DNA of 63,221 bases, filler included, from Perkinsus chesapeaki ATCC PRA-425 (lineage: Eukaryota > Protista > Perkinsozoa), in NCBI GenBank assembly GCA_013115145.1. It is 18 parts of 18 records of this genome, joined end to end, with 100 filler letters (N's around TTAATTAATTAA, not from the genome) between each part and the next. Parts side by side here need not be neighbours in the genome. Positions count along the whole stretch, not along the records: positions 11,887 to 14,450 come from JAAPAO010001575.1; positions 14,551 to 20,434 come from JAAPAO010001122.1; positions 20,535 to 22,222 come from JAAPAO010001825.1; positions 22,323 to 23,330 come from JAAPAO010002288.1; positions 23,431 to 38,215 come from JAAPAO010000744.1; 13 more parts are not named here. One strand, 5' to 3'. Both the position numbers and the translations under genes were made by a program. Positions 13,310 to 25,219 of the stretch are shown here, piece after piece. The notes below the pieces were generated by a model. The model saw nothing but the letters and a program-made list of their open reading frames with translations, had not been told where the DNA came from and ran no database searches. The stretch's first letter is position 1. Each line of letters opens with the position of its first letter.

Positions 13310-16300
13310 GTTCAGAAGGTACGCCCTTGTTGATAGCGTCCAACTCTCGACACGTCTCTCGGATATCTTTACGTCGGCGTCTCTTTCGGATCCTATGCTA
13401 GTAGTAACTTCTTTTCACGGTGTGGCCCAAGTCCTTAGGCGCTGTACCAACTCCTCTGTCAGAGTGTCGTCCCAGGCTTTATATAGGGTACAGATCTCTC
13501 GCCAAAGTCGTTGTAGATCTAGTTCCAAGTAGAGGCCTAGGGGTTCGTAGAGGTCTAGTGCAGCGCACGCTTGGAGCTTTGTCACATTGGGCACGTAGCA
13601 AAAATAGACAGCGAACAACTTATCAAGGTCTAGTCGTAATACGTAGTCCAAGACACTCTTCTTGTTGTCATCGTCGACGTCGTTAGCTAGCCAGCTGCAG
13701 AAGCTCTTCAAGGGGTCGAAGTTGAACCCGTGACCGTTAAAGACGTGCATCCAGAAGTCGTAGCCCTACGTGCCGACCTTTTAAAAAAATCGACAAGCAG
13801 TAGGGTATGCCAATCCCAAAAATTTCACTTCGATATTCGAACTCAGTGCTTCAATCTTGCCCGGTCAAAATTATACTGTTTGGCAATACGGGCCGAATTA
13901 TACGGCTACTGCACGTCTGCAACAACGTTACTCTTGGTAGCAGCAGTTAACACAATGGAAATAACTCTAGAAAATGTAACGCCAAGGAAAAGTGTAACAC
14001 TCACTCATTCGGTCTCGCCCACTGCCCCCCATCTCCACGTACTCTGAATGTCCTGATGCCGGATGTAGACCACTGGAAATCCCCGAAAAGACGCCTCCAA
14101 ACCAACCGGCTATCTGAGGCGACAGATTCGCGGGCTTGCGGGCTCTCTCAGCTGGGGGCTCTCTCAGCTGGACGAGTCTATGGTTGCTTCTGCAGGCCCG
14201 GAAGAATAGTGCCAACTCCAGAGACTGATCTGCTTTAGCAAGTCATCCTTGACTTGTGATCTCTTAACCACTATATTTACTTGAGAGTGTATGCGCTCTG
14301 CGAGCTCTTCGCTGAGGAGCCGCAAGCCTGAGCTGCTATACGCCCCGTATAGTTCAGCGCAGTGTACAACCAGTAAATGCACAACCAGACTAGGATTGAA
14401 CCCTCCTGCAGTGTACTTCTCGGAGAAGTCTCCAATGCCAGCTCCAAGAGNNNNNNNNNNNNNNNNNNNNNNNNNNNNNNNNNNNNNNNNNNNNTTAATT
14501 AATTAANNNNNNNNNNNNNNNNNNNNNNNNNNNNNNNNNNNNNNNNNNNNCTGTTCTAATCTGAGAGTAATCCTAAGCTTTTCAACATATGAAACTGCCT
14601 AGCGGAGCGAAGCGATCGCTACACGCGTGCACTCGAGCCGCATCTTGGACTGTCACAATGGCAGGCAGCGTGGCAGATTCTGTGAGATTTCCTTGCTATA
14701 GCTTCTAGGTCGTTATTATTGACTAGTTTCAGTGGGGAGCTTCAGTACAGGCTAGACCATCTGGATTGATAAACCTTTTTTGGGTATCAGAATGCGATAA
14801 TACGCCGTTTCCGTACCTTCCCAGAAATCAGTATCGACCTTGCAATACTCCTTTACAGAGTGTTTTATGATCGCGGTTATGCCTGCAATCTAACCTCATA
14901 AGAATCTTTCATTCTCACCAACTAGCTTCTCAGTTCGTAGGGTACGCTGAAAACTGAGAATCTTGTGGAGCCATTGAGATTCTTTCTATAGTGCACTGTC
15001 TTCTTATTTAACGCATGATATCTGGTCTTAGCAATCATAAAAATACCCTGCTCCCACCGATATCTCTACCAAGGGCTTCCAACCTCTATGCTGTTCACTG
15101 CGAAACCAGGACAAGGACACTCGCGATGGACGCTGCTACGGACCATGCTGCCGTACGAATCTATCAAGAATCTTCGACGTAGAACAATTTCAGACTGTAT
15201 CCCCTCCTCCTAACGTATCTGAATATGACTGGTTGGCAATAAACACATATGATATGTGGAACGAAATGAACATTATAGTTGGAAGTGTTCAGGAGTACCC
15301 TCGTATGGCATCTAGGGTATCTAGCATTTGATAGGTATTGCACTAAGATGCTCTGCCCTACAATGACGGCTGGTGACTTCGAGTATGCCTGGGCCGATGA
15401 TGAGGCGGTAGGGGGAGCAATCCCGCCTTCGTTGTTCATCCATGTCCTTTATTAGGGAGAACTTAAGAAAGTGTCTGCTTTCGAGTACATGTCAAATGTA
15501 CTGGACTGGTCAGAAAGGTAAGATTTATTCCATTTGAGTTGCCCCTATTACTCTAAGGAAAATCACTGACCACCAGTTCATGCCTAATGAGCACGGACAG
15601 CCGTATCCTCCTAATTTCAAAACAGAGGTAGGTTGATGAAGCCTCGCTCATTTGAGCCATATATGCGCACTCTCAGCTATCGGTGATATATAAACGCTTC
15701 TCCAGGCTCTATGGACATATCTATTACTCTCACTTCAAGCAATTGGAGGTGAGCCAGTTTGGGTGTTATGTCTGGAAGCCCAGCGTTTCAGGACGCTGGA
15801 GCCGAGCGTCATTTGAACCACTCATTCAAGCACTTCGTGTGAGGAGTTTGTCCGACGGTTTTGGTATAGGAAATGCTGCTTGTTTTCACAGTTACTTTGT
15901 GCGGCGTTTTGAACTGGTCGAAGAATCCGAACTGACGCCATTACAGAGCTTGATCGATGCTTGGAAGATACCATCTCGGGAGATCCTCATTAGGATGGGC
16001 TCCCAATTGTAACGATGTTATTAATTCGGTGCTGTAACATAGTCATTATCATTTATTTCTGCTATCATGAAGCTCTATATAGCCACGACCGAATGAAAAG
16101 ATACTTTCAACCTCAACATGAGTTTGTGTTCAACTACCCGCGGCAGTTCGGAAAGGGGTCTTGTGTTAATACTGTATGAATAGCGCGCGCCATTATAAGG
16201 ACTAAGATACTCTTCCTGGGGTTTCCGGTTGGTTTCACCATCGTTCGCTCTAATCAATACTATTCCTACTGTGTAGAGGTTGCTCGCTGTTATTCGGCTT

Positions 16301-16418
16301 CGACGAGACGTACGCAAGCGCAATGGTGTTGTCGATCACAATGGCGGGCCATATTGCCGTAAGCTGTGGGAGACGTACTTAACTTGAGATCTTTATTATT
16401 GAAGAGCTTTCCACTCTA

Positions 16419-17507
16419 ATGCCCGTCCGCCATATTGATCAAGACGTCGCGGCCGAGCTCGTGAAAACCGCTCAGACTATCTGTACGCCTGGTAAAGGTA
16501 TCCTGGCTGCAGATGAGTCCACTGGTACCATCAAGAAGAGATTTGATGCGGCTGGCATCGATAATACTGAAGCTAACAGAGCTGCCTATAGATCTTTGTT
16601 ATTCACTACTCCAGATGTTGGCAAGTACATATCCGGTGCTATCCTGTACGAGGAAACCCTCTATCAGAACGCTCCTTGTGGTACCCCTATGGTAGAGATC
16701 CTCCGCAAGAATGGTATAATACCCGGCATTAAGGTTGACAAGGGGCTGGTTGCCCTTCACCTATCAGATCAAGAGACTGCTACTCAAGGTCTGGATGGTC
16801 TTGCTGAGAGATGCGCCAAGTATTACAAGGCCGGTGCTAGGTTCGCCAAGTGGCGTGCTGTGTTGAAGATCAGTGCTGCCAAGCACCAGCCGTCGCAGCT
16901 CTCCATCGACGAGACGGCTCACACTTTGGCCCGTTATGCATCCATCTGTCAGGAGCATAGAATCGTCCCTATTGTTGAGCCAGAGATCTTGGCCGATGGA
17001 ACTCATGACATCGAGACTTGTGCTTATGTCACTGAGAGGGTCCTCACCGCTGTCTTCAAGGCACTGAATGATCACCACATCTTGCTTGAAGGGTGCTTAC
17101 TTAAGCCTAATATGGTTACTGCTGGAATGCAGTGCTCTACTCGTCCAAGCCCTGCAGACATTGCTCGCTACACGGTCCGCACTCTGCAGAGGACCGTCCC
17201 TCCAGCTCTTGTTGGTGTTACCTTCTTATCCGGTGGTCAAAGTGAAGAGGAAGCATCTGTTAACCTCAGTGCTATGAACGCTATGCCAAAGGAACGTAGA
17301 CCGTGGGCTTTGACATTCTCTTATGGTCGTGCTCTCCAGGCTACTGCTATTAAGACTTGGGCTGGAAAGCCGGAGAATCTAGAGGCCGCTCAGAAGGCCT
17401 TCTCGTACCGTGCCAAGGCCAACAGCGACGCTCAACTGGGTAAGTATCAAGGAAGTAAAGAAGGCCCGGGAAGCGAGAGCCTTTATGTTGAGAACTATGT
17501 GTATTAG
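16419..17507 (+). CDS. FBA: Fructose-1,6-bisphosphate aldolase, class I (362 aa, intronless)
   Basis: [32 protein letters not shown], Schiff-base [27 protein letters not shown] and a terminal Tyr. Confidence 0.98.
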   Translation: MPVRHIDQDVAAELVKTAQTICTPGKGILAADESTGTIKKRFDAAGIDNTEANRAAYRSLLFTTPDVGKYISGAILYEETLYQNAPCGTPMVEILRKNGIIPGIKVDKGLVALHLSDQETATQGLDGLAERCAKYYKAGARFAKWRAVLKISAAKHQPSQLSIDETAHTLARYASICQEHRIVPIVEPEILADGTHDIETCAYVTERVLTAVFKALNDHHILLEGCLLKPNMVTAGMQCSTRPSPADIARYTVRTLQRTVPPALVGVTFLSGGQSEEEASVNLSAMNAMPKERRPWALTFSYGRALQATAIKTWAGKPENLEAAQKAFSYRAKANSDAQLGKYQGSKEGPGSESLYVENYVY

Positions 17508-18816
17508 GCTTACCTGCCTACAACTGATTCCGTATCTACTTTTATCTACCAATAGGTGCTGTTATAGTGTCATGAGGTTTATGTCATTCAAAGAGGAGAC
17601 CTTCAGGTCTTTCGTAGTGGACCTTCGAGGCCTGTTGAGAATACTCGAGATTATTATGTAAATAAGCAAGTTGTTGTGTTTGTTAGTGTCACTGCCTAGT
17701 AGAGTGCAGAAGGTGATCAGTCCGCCAGCTGGTCAGCGGGGATAATGCCGTGTAGATGATCTACAATTCGGAGCCTCAGGTCAAGGCTCTGGGGCCTATT
17801 TCACAAGCGTCCTAATGTCAGGATTTTAACCCATTAGGACGCAACTTAAGGATAAATGGACTTCACAAGAGGTCTTTCCTCAGGTTAGGAGTTTAGGACA
17901 TTAGGAAGCCTCTATCCTCAAAAACAGGACGCTCAGCTTTCACAAGCTATAAGGGAATTTTTGCCCTAACGGCAAACGTTAAAATGTCATTCATTAGGGC
18001 GTTTGCTGATTTCCAATTGCTAAGATTGTGTTACTGTGTCCAACATCATACCTATTATCAAATGCCGATTTACCGTTATTATCTCTTACACTTTGTCGCT
18101 TCTACCCCGCGGTCGTGTGCCCGCTATGCCATTACCCCCACCCTCGACAACTAGGCTACTTGCTGGCTGGACAGTGATCAGCGAATGCCCTATCATCCCG
18201 CTGTGCCGACTTCCAGAGAGTAAAATAAAAACATATGAGGAAGCCTATGAACTATGCAAGATGTCGAGTGAGTCGCCTTCTCAGAAAGCTACACTGTTGG
18301 CGGAACTAATCTCCCTCGCTTGTATCAGCTCATCTGTGCTTATTTCTTCTCTTTAACACTACAAGGTCTGCCAGACAACGATAAACATGGATCTTTACGT
18401 AACAACATCAACATCATATCTTCTAGTGATTCTAGTCCTTTTTGAACAACTGGCTTCTGACAACTTACCTGCCTAAAGCATAAACGCGGTGGCCTGAGAC
18501 GAAATCTGCGGTGACTTTCCTTAATCTTTTCGCTACCAGGTTCGTTCCTCTCTCCACGGGTGATCGCTACTCAACAAGCTTCATCACCTTGCAGTGGCCT
18601 TGTTTCTCATACTCATCAACTTGCGTTTCATCTTCGCCATCAAGATGTAATGTGAGCTCATTTCGAGGCATATTTATCGTGATGTGTGGAGGCCCTCCAA
18701 ACATGGTGTAGGATTTGTCATAATAGTTACCAAACTTCTCAAGGAAATCCCCCTTCCTAAGCGTGATTCTCACATCGAGTACCCCCCGATAACCCACTTT
18801 TGCGGTGTAGGAAGAG

Positions 18817-19740
18817 CTAAACCTCCCCCTTTTTACCAAGCAGCTCGACAGAACCTCCGTATGAGAACTTGATCTTAGTGATGGGCACTTTCGGCGACAT
18901 GGCAGAATAAAGACAGTCTATTGAGGCCTTGTCAATTATTAGTTGGCCGTCTGTGGCGTAGTTCAGTTTGTGTTTCGGTACTGCTTCATACGTTACCACG
19001 GCGAACCCCTCCTCCGCGTACTTGTTCGCTGCGTACACCCTCAATGGAATTTCGTCATGATATTCCTCGATAAACGGGTAGGATATCCTACCACTTCTTC
19101 TGAAAGGAGTAAATAATCCTGCGCTGAGCGGTAACTTTTCGATCTCCCTCTTCATGGCTTCATCTGCCAAGAACTTGAATCCGCCTCCAGGCGTAAGACT
19201 ATATCTAAGTTGATACTCTTTCAGCCTGGTATGGAAAATGGCAGCACCGTCTGTCTTCATAGTAATGTATTCAATACCATCGCGTGCGTCTTCGTTTCTA
19301 TACGTACAGTCTACAGTACCGTCGGGATTGACACCTTGGCAATACCCTACTCTATCAAGTTGACCCCCTTTTTTCATAAGGCATTGCTTCCCGTCCTTCC
19401 AAGTGACCTTGACAGTCTCCTGATGGAGATTTAGGTGTACGGCCTCCATTTTACTACAGATGCCCTCGGATTCATCGTAGTACTTTAATGAACCCAGCTT
19501 GATCTTAATATCATCCTTCGCATCAGAAAACGCCCCACTGTATTGGAAGGTATAAGGCTCACCATTTGGCGTATAGAAAGTTACCCTACCATACCTGCTT
19601 AGTCTCACCGTGCTCAAGGGGCAAGTTGACCGAGGTTCACTATGGTAAAAGGCATCCAAAAACAGACCGCGATGTGCAACGGAGAGCGGTGCACCAGCTA
19701 GCAAGGTTACAACTGCTAGTAGACGAGACATTGAACTCAA
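18817..19740 (-). CDS. Putative secreted protein of unknown family (307 aa)
   Basis: ATG start, signal-peptide-like MSRLLAVVTLLAGAPLSVA, uninterrupted frame and beta-rich composition; neighbouring minus-strand ORFs (18567-18839, 19737-19991) may be related fragments. Confidence 0.7.
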   Translation of the reverse strand: MSSMSRLLAVVTLLAGAPLSVAHRGLFLDAFYHSEPRSTCPLSTVRLSRYGRVTFYTPNGEPYTFQYSGAFSDAKDDIKIKLGSLKYYDESEGICSKMEAVHLNLHQETVKVTWKDGKQCLMKKGGQLDRVGYCQGVNPDGTVDCTYRNEDARDGIEYITMKTDGAAIFHTRLKEYQLRYSLTPGGGFKFLADEAMKREIEKLPLSAGLFTPFRRSGRISYPFIEEYHDEIPLRVYAANKYAEEGFAVVTYEAVPKHKLNYATDGQLIIDKASIDCLYSAMSPKVPITKIKFSYGGSVELLGKKGEV

Positions 19741-22477
19741 CCACTGTTCACAAGAAGGTTTTGCCTGAACCAGACTGGCCTCCGAACTTGTTGTTCATTC
19801 CCAACGGTGAGTGCGATCGACAGTTCGCCGTTGGGAAAAATTTTGCCCGAATCGTAATCGATGGTGAGCGACGTCCACCTGCTCGAATCCGCTATGGTAG
19901 TGGAATAACGGTATATACGCAGGTACCCGCCTATTTCCCGTGTCGGCACAATGCTGGTGAAAAACGGGGTCGCGAAATTTTCAAACTCCATTTTTTTTCT
20001 CTATCCTCTGAAGATTGCACTGTCAACGGGATGAGGGAAATCATCGATCAAGTGAGGATAGGAGAATTACATTGTCGCTGTGTGTCCCGCAGGAAGAGAA
20101 GCTTCCCTACAGGCTCTTGAGTCGCCAAATACTATCTATAACTGTTATCGTGTTAGTTACAGGGAATCTTGTTGGCGTCACCATCACCCCCGACAATCAT
20201 CATCCAGCGAGGATGCAGGAGGTATGTTAGCGCTGATAAGGATACGTATTCGCGTTACTGAGCGCTCTTTTGAGGACAGTCGCGTCGAGAAAATATCACT
20301 ACGGAGTGAGGTTTCATCCACCCCATATGACAACTGGTATTATTACGAGTATTACTGTACTTTGTTGTTGGTACCAGCCCCCGGGCTGTCACTGGAGAGA
20401 ACGCGACCCGCCATACGCTAGAGGGATACAGGTCNNNNNNNNNNNNNNNNNNNNNNNNNNNNNNNNNNNNNNNNNNNNTTAATTAATTAANNNNNNNNNN
20501 NNNNNNNNNNNNNNNNNNNNNNNNNNNNNNNNNNCTTGCGCGACCACTGTGAATCTCGCTCGCCCTGTATCCCGAAGGAGAGGCTCGCTCACACAGGTCT
20601 ACAACAAAATGATACTGGTATATTCGGCACGGTTACTGGTGACGCCTGTATAAAGACGATGATCATTCGATCGAACCATAACCTAGACTCGAGGTGGCTG
20701 AGCCTGCGTTTCAGCGATTATCTGGCAACCTTCTCGTTCATATCTCCTAAAGGTGTCATAACTTATAACAAAACCGCTTGAAGGGTACAAGCTTCACGGT
20801 ATTCGGCTCGACTCAAACTGCTCGAGTAGTCCCCTCGTGTGGGCAGCTCCTCACCTTTCAAAAATAGGTCAGTTGTCACACTACCCTATTTTTATCTGTG
20901 CTCGGTTTTTCTACTGTTAAAGTCGAGTGCTCGCCAAGAGCTGCTCGGCGATAGCGTCTTTATTTTACCTCTATGCATTAGTCTTTCAAGAAGACGCACT
21001 ATACCACATAGCTTTTCAAAACAGCTATGATCACTGTTGTGTACGTTCAACCAGGACCTGGTTATCAGGTTAATTTATCATGTACCGGGCATGCCGAGGG
21101 GTTTGACTCGCAGCATTGAACTATTTCCAGGAACCGCACTCGACTCGGGTTCTCCAACCTCCCACTTAACTTACGTGACGTAAGCCGTGGTGTCCCCCGC
21201 TATAATGCGATTCATTTCCGATGGGCAAGTGGTGTTCTGGAATCCAGAATCCAGATACTATACAAATACAAATACTATCCAGAATCTGGATAGTCTCATT
21301 CACAAGTCAGCTCAACAGCTTTCTATTCAATCCTCAAATCAGGTGTCACTACCTTCACCTTTCAAGCTGTTGGTGGTGGACTCCGGCTGATGGAGTAACT
21401 TACTTACGTACCCATCTGAGTCTTTCCGCACCTGAAAGACGTGCAGGACGTCATTCGAACAAGCATGATCTGTTTGGGGCATATTAGGCGCCGTTATGGT
21501 AACAGTTTTTTTTGTGTTCGAGCTGCCAGAACTTCTTTGGCCTCCGCATAGGCCACGAGTCGTGGCCCACGACGAGCCATGATCGCAGATCGGTCAAGAG
21601 CCTTGTCATAAAGCGAATTAGTTATCGGTCTCTATTCACGTTCGATTCTCCAACTGACAGGATAGATGACGAAAGACTTTCCCGAATAATCCGTTTTGAT
21701 GTTCTAGGAAAGATGTGCAACCTAGAACAGCCAGCTCAGCGACTACGAACCATGACATTCGGCGCACGACTGCTTGCCGACGAATCTTAATCAAAGAGTA
21801 CGTTCCTTGAACTAGTATTCAGCCTCATCATGAAACCAAGAGAGCTTCGGAAAACTCGTGAAGATTTGAAAAAATTTAATGGCATCCAGTCTGAACCTTC
21901 CAACTACTTCGGCTGTGTACAACAGGTCTACATTGGCCTGTTCGTACGCGAAGCTCGTTCAGCCAGTCTTAATGCAAGATTTTATTGTGTACTTCCTGGA
22001 ATCGAACGTGTCTCGTCAAAAGGTTCCATTAGTTTGTATTCCCACCGATCCATAAGTTATAGACTATAACTACTGAACTGCAACCGGCTGACTTAGAATC
22101 AGCCGTCTTTAACTACCTCCTGCAACTATAATAGTGCAAGTGGTGCACGGACTGATCAGTACTTGATACTGGTGGAGTATGGTTGAGCTATGGTCGTAGG
22201 ATTGTCAATACGAGCCCGCGACNNNNNNNNNNNNNNNNNNNNNNNNNNNNNNNNNNNNNNNNNNNNTTAATTAATTAANNNNNNNNNNNNNNNNNNNNNN
22301 NNNNNNNNNNNNNNNNNNNNNNTTTCTTTTCGGCTATGTTATAGAGGAGGTTGAGTAGCATACGTGGGCGGAGTTTGATGTATTTAAAATGCGTGGTTAC
22401 TGAGATATATGGTTATGAAGTATACTGGGTAGGGCGGGTAGGACCCAGAAAAACGACAAGTACAAAAGTGTTTAAAG

Positions 22478-22552
22478 AGTCACCTTTGGGATTCGAACTC
22501 GGGACCTTCCGCGACACAGCACGCATACTTAACCAGCTAAGCTAAAATGTCA
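22478..22552 (-). pseudogene. Degenerate tRNA / tRNA-derived SINE-head-like sequence (Ile/Val-like)
   Basis: TTAGCTTAGCTGGTTAAG (A box) and AAGGTCCCGAGTTCGAATCCC (B box) retained; the anticodon arm and T stem are broken. Confidence 0.65.
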
Positions 22553-22848
22553 CTACACTGTTTGGTGTTTCCCTAGTGTTGTAAAAGTGAGGCGTGGTTT
22601 CTGTACTTAGATTGTTTTGTCTTGTTGCCATCTAGTTTTCTATAACTACCCCTCCCCCATTAATTGACTACTTAACTCAAATTTCATTCGTATTGCAAGA
22701 CAGCAAGATACTAGTAATGCACAGTATAATACAAAGCGATATAGGTGGCCAGAGTAGAACATGTAAAGAATAGGAAACAAAGGAAAGACACGTAACAAAG
22801 GAACCCTACACAGGCTCAACCGCACCCTACACAACCGAGAAAGTAAAC

Positions 22849-23328
22849 CTACTGCTTGCGCTTCTCGATGAGGCCACTATAATGACAGGTGCCATCATAG
22901 TAGATGCAGAGTGGATGTACTTCTCGAGTGGCGTTGCCCCAGGCTTGTACCTCGTGAAGGTCGCGAGACGTTCCGTCGGCACGCTGAAGTACTACCACCC
23001 GTCGATTGAAAATGGTCGCTATGACCGCCAACTCTCTTTCTCCCGCCCAAGCCTTGGGATCGCGCATGCTTGATACATACTGTTCCCACGTAGGTCTTGG
23101 AGGTAATCCCCTGCTACGGAAGTTTGCCTGACCAGTGTCAGAAGCACACTCTGCTTCCCAACTCTCCTGTAGAGGAGGGTTGTTTTGCAGAATGTTGCAG
23201 ACTTCGTGGCGGAGAATTAACGGGAAATCCTCAACGTTTTTGTCGCGTATACAGCTAGGCAACCTCCCAGGAAGAGCATTGGCTGAGACAAAGATTGCGT
23301 AAAAGAGGCAAGCCCCATCGCCAGGAAC
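22849..23328 (-). CDS. OTU-family cysteine peptidase (deubiquitinase) domain, 5'-truncated by the contig end
   Basis: The frame extends upstream of the listed ORF to VPGDGACLFYAI (catalytic Cys loop), followed by WAGEREL and YYDGTCHYS (catalytic His). Confidence 0.9.
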   Translation of the reverse strand, partial: VPGDGACLFYAIFVSANALPGRLPSCIRDKNVEDFPLILRHEVCNILQNNPPLQESWEAECASDTGQANFRSRGLPPRPTWEQYVSSMRDPKAWAGERELAVIATIFNRRVVVLQRADGTSRDLHEVQAWGNATREVHPLCIYYDGTCHYSGLIEKRKQ

Positions 23329-23844
23329 GANNNNNNNNNNNNNNNNNNNNNNNNNNNNNNNNNNNNNNNNNNNNTTAATTAATTAANNNNNNNNNNNNNN
23401 NNNNNNNNNNNNNNNNNNNNNNNNNNNNNNGGAAGCTTTTAGAGAGGGACTGGCGCTTTTCTCTTTGGTCCAATAGTGGATTGGTCCAAAAATGGGCAAA
23501 CCTATTAACAAATAACGACGAAGAGGGGCGGCGGCGTCACATGAAGGAATCTTATCGCACTGTGAAGAATTATAATAACACAACGAAACTGTTGATGATG
23601 TTATTAATGGTGTTGTTGTTATGTATCATATTTAATTAATAATTGATTAATTATACTTTGGGCATTATCCATATTATTATTTAAATATTTAATATGATGG
23701 TTATTAACTAATAAAGATATAATTAATATATCTATTAATAAGGATACTTACATTCATATATAACATCTTCAATAATATCCTGTATTATCAATGATTTATT
23801 ATTTATAATACTATTTGATATATTATATATTATCTATATTAATG

Positions 23845-24319
23845 CATGGTGTATATAATAACAACAATACTCCATCCTTTACAGTCATCGAGTTTAATAA
23901 TATAACATATACCAATCGAAGGGCCTACTACTGCTACTCTGAAATGATATCATCTTCGACTACGGCCCAAAAGAGTAAACACCAGTGGCTGCCCCCTCCA
24001 GCCATTATAAACCCGACTAGTTTTATGAGGTTCAAAGAGGGAATGGAACATAGGGGATCTGTTCAAGCAAGCTCGGTTCGTAGATCTGTAGAGGTTGGAC
24101 CTTCTTATTATTTTACCTCCAAACATCATATTAAATACAGCTGCCAGTGGTTTACCCACTTCTCTTGAATAGCCTATTGAGGAGTAGTAGTAAAAGGTTG
24201 ACGAACAATAACAAGGATATCATTTCAGAGCAGCAACAACCGCTTCGATTGGTATGTGTTATGTCATCAAACTCGACGGCTTTGATGAAGGACAGGTCAT
24301 TATTATTATATATACCATG
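23845..24319. repeat. Imperfect inverted repeat, arms 23845-23951 and 24216-24319
   Basis: catggtgtatataataacaac...tcgagtttaataatataacatataccaatcgaag...ctctgaaatgatatc matches the reverse complement of the second arm with mostly transition differences. Confidence 0.8.
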
Positions 24320-24639
24320 AAGTAATGGATATTACCTTATCATGTTTATTAATCATATTAAAACGTTGTTCAATAATCCCATTAATAATAATAAATAATA
24401 ATAAACCAATAATAATAATAATATTTACCATACATTTATTGATCATAATAATAACAACCCTACTACTACTAGCATTCTAATTATAACAACATATATACAA
24501 TAACATGAGCACAACAACTCAACACCTAAAGTATTGTCTAGTACTAGTATATAGAATTAGTAGTAAAGAGGAGGAATAACAAAGGAGATGTATAATAATA
24601 ATAACCATTAACCAGTTATTAATAGATTATTATTATTAC

Positions 24640-24962
24640 ACTACCATAATATTATCTATCGATGGCTGCACACTTCTCGTTGTTGTTGTTGTTTGTTTAT
24701 TATTTGGAGTATTATTACAAGTAACCGGTTTTAATATGTCACTATTACATGTTGGATCTTCTGGTTTATAACAATATTTATTATTTGATTTTTGATATAA
24801 ACCATAACATAAACCATCATTATCTTTACAATATGAAGTATAACCATAATCACCACAATAAGGTGTATTCCAACATATACTTTGGCATATATTAGATGCT
24901 TTACCATATACATATATATTAATATATGATAATATATATAATAATGGGAACAACATCATCAT
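24640..24962 (-). CDS. Secreted 8-Cys domain (Perkinsus MOE-like) followed by a Thr-rich linker; likely continues in further exons
   Basis: Hydrophobic N-terminus MMMLFPLLYILSYINIYVYG, then CQSICWNTPYC...SYCK...CYGLY...CYKPEDPTC...PVTC; MOE similarity is from memory. Confidence 0.6.
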
Positions 24963-25219
24963 TATATTACTATGCAATAAAAACAAGAAACAATAACAAC
25001 TAAAATGATAAAAAAGAAGAAGAATTAATAATATCATCATGCGCCTGCGTGCTGAATTATTGTGTCGCGGCCTTGTCCTCCTCCTTCAGGTTGTTTTGGC
25101 AATAAGCCTTTATATGATATAATAATCTTATGTCAACAACAGAAAGGAGAATAGATCCATATAAAACAGACATTATTGGTATTATTAGAAGAACAATTGA
25201 AGGGTTTATTAATAATATT

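Noticed and set aside
22060-22135. tRNA-like hairpin (cggctga-cttagaa-tcagccg) read as an amber-suppressor (CTA) tRNA on the minus strand
   Set aside because: No intact T arm or acceptor stem; at best a decayed Leu/Ser tRNA remnant, so the anticodon is meaningless.
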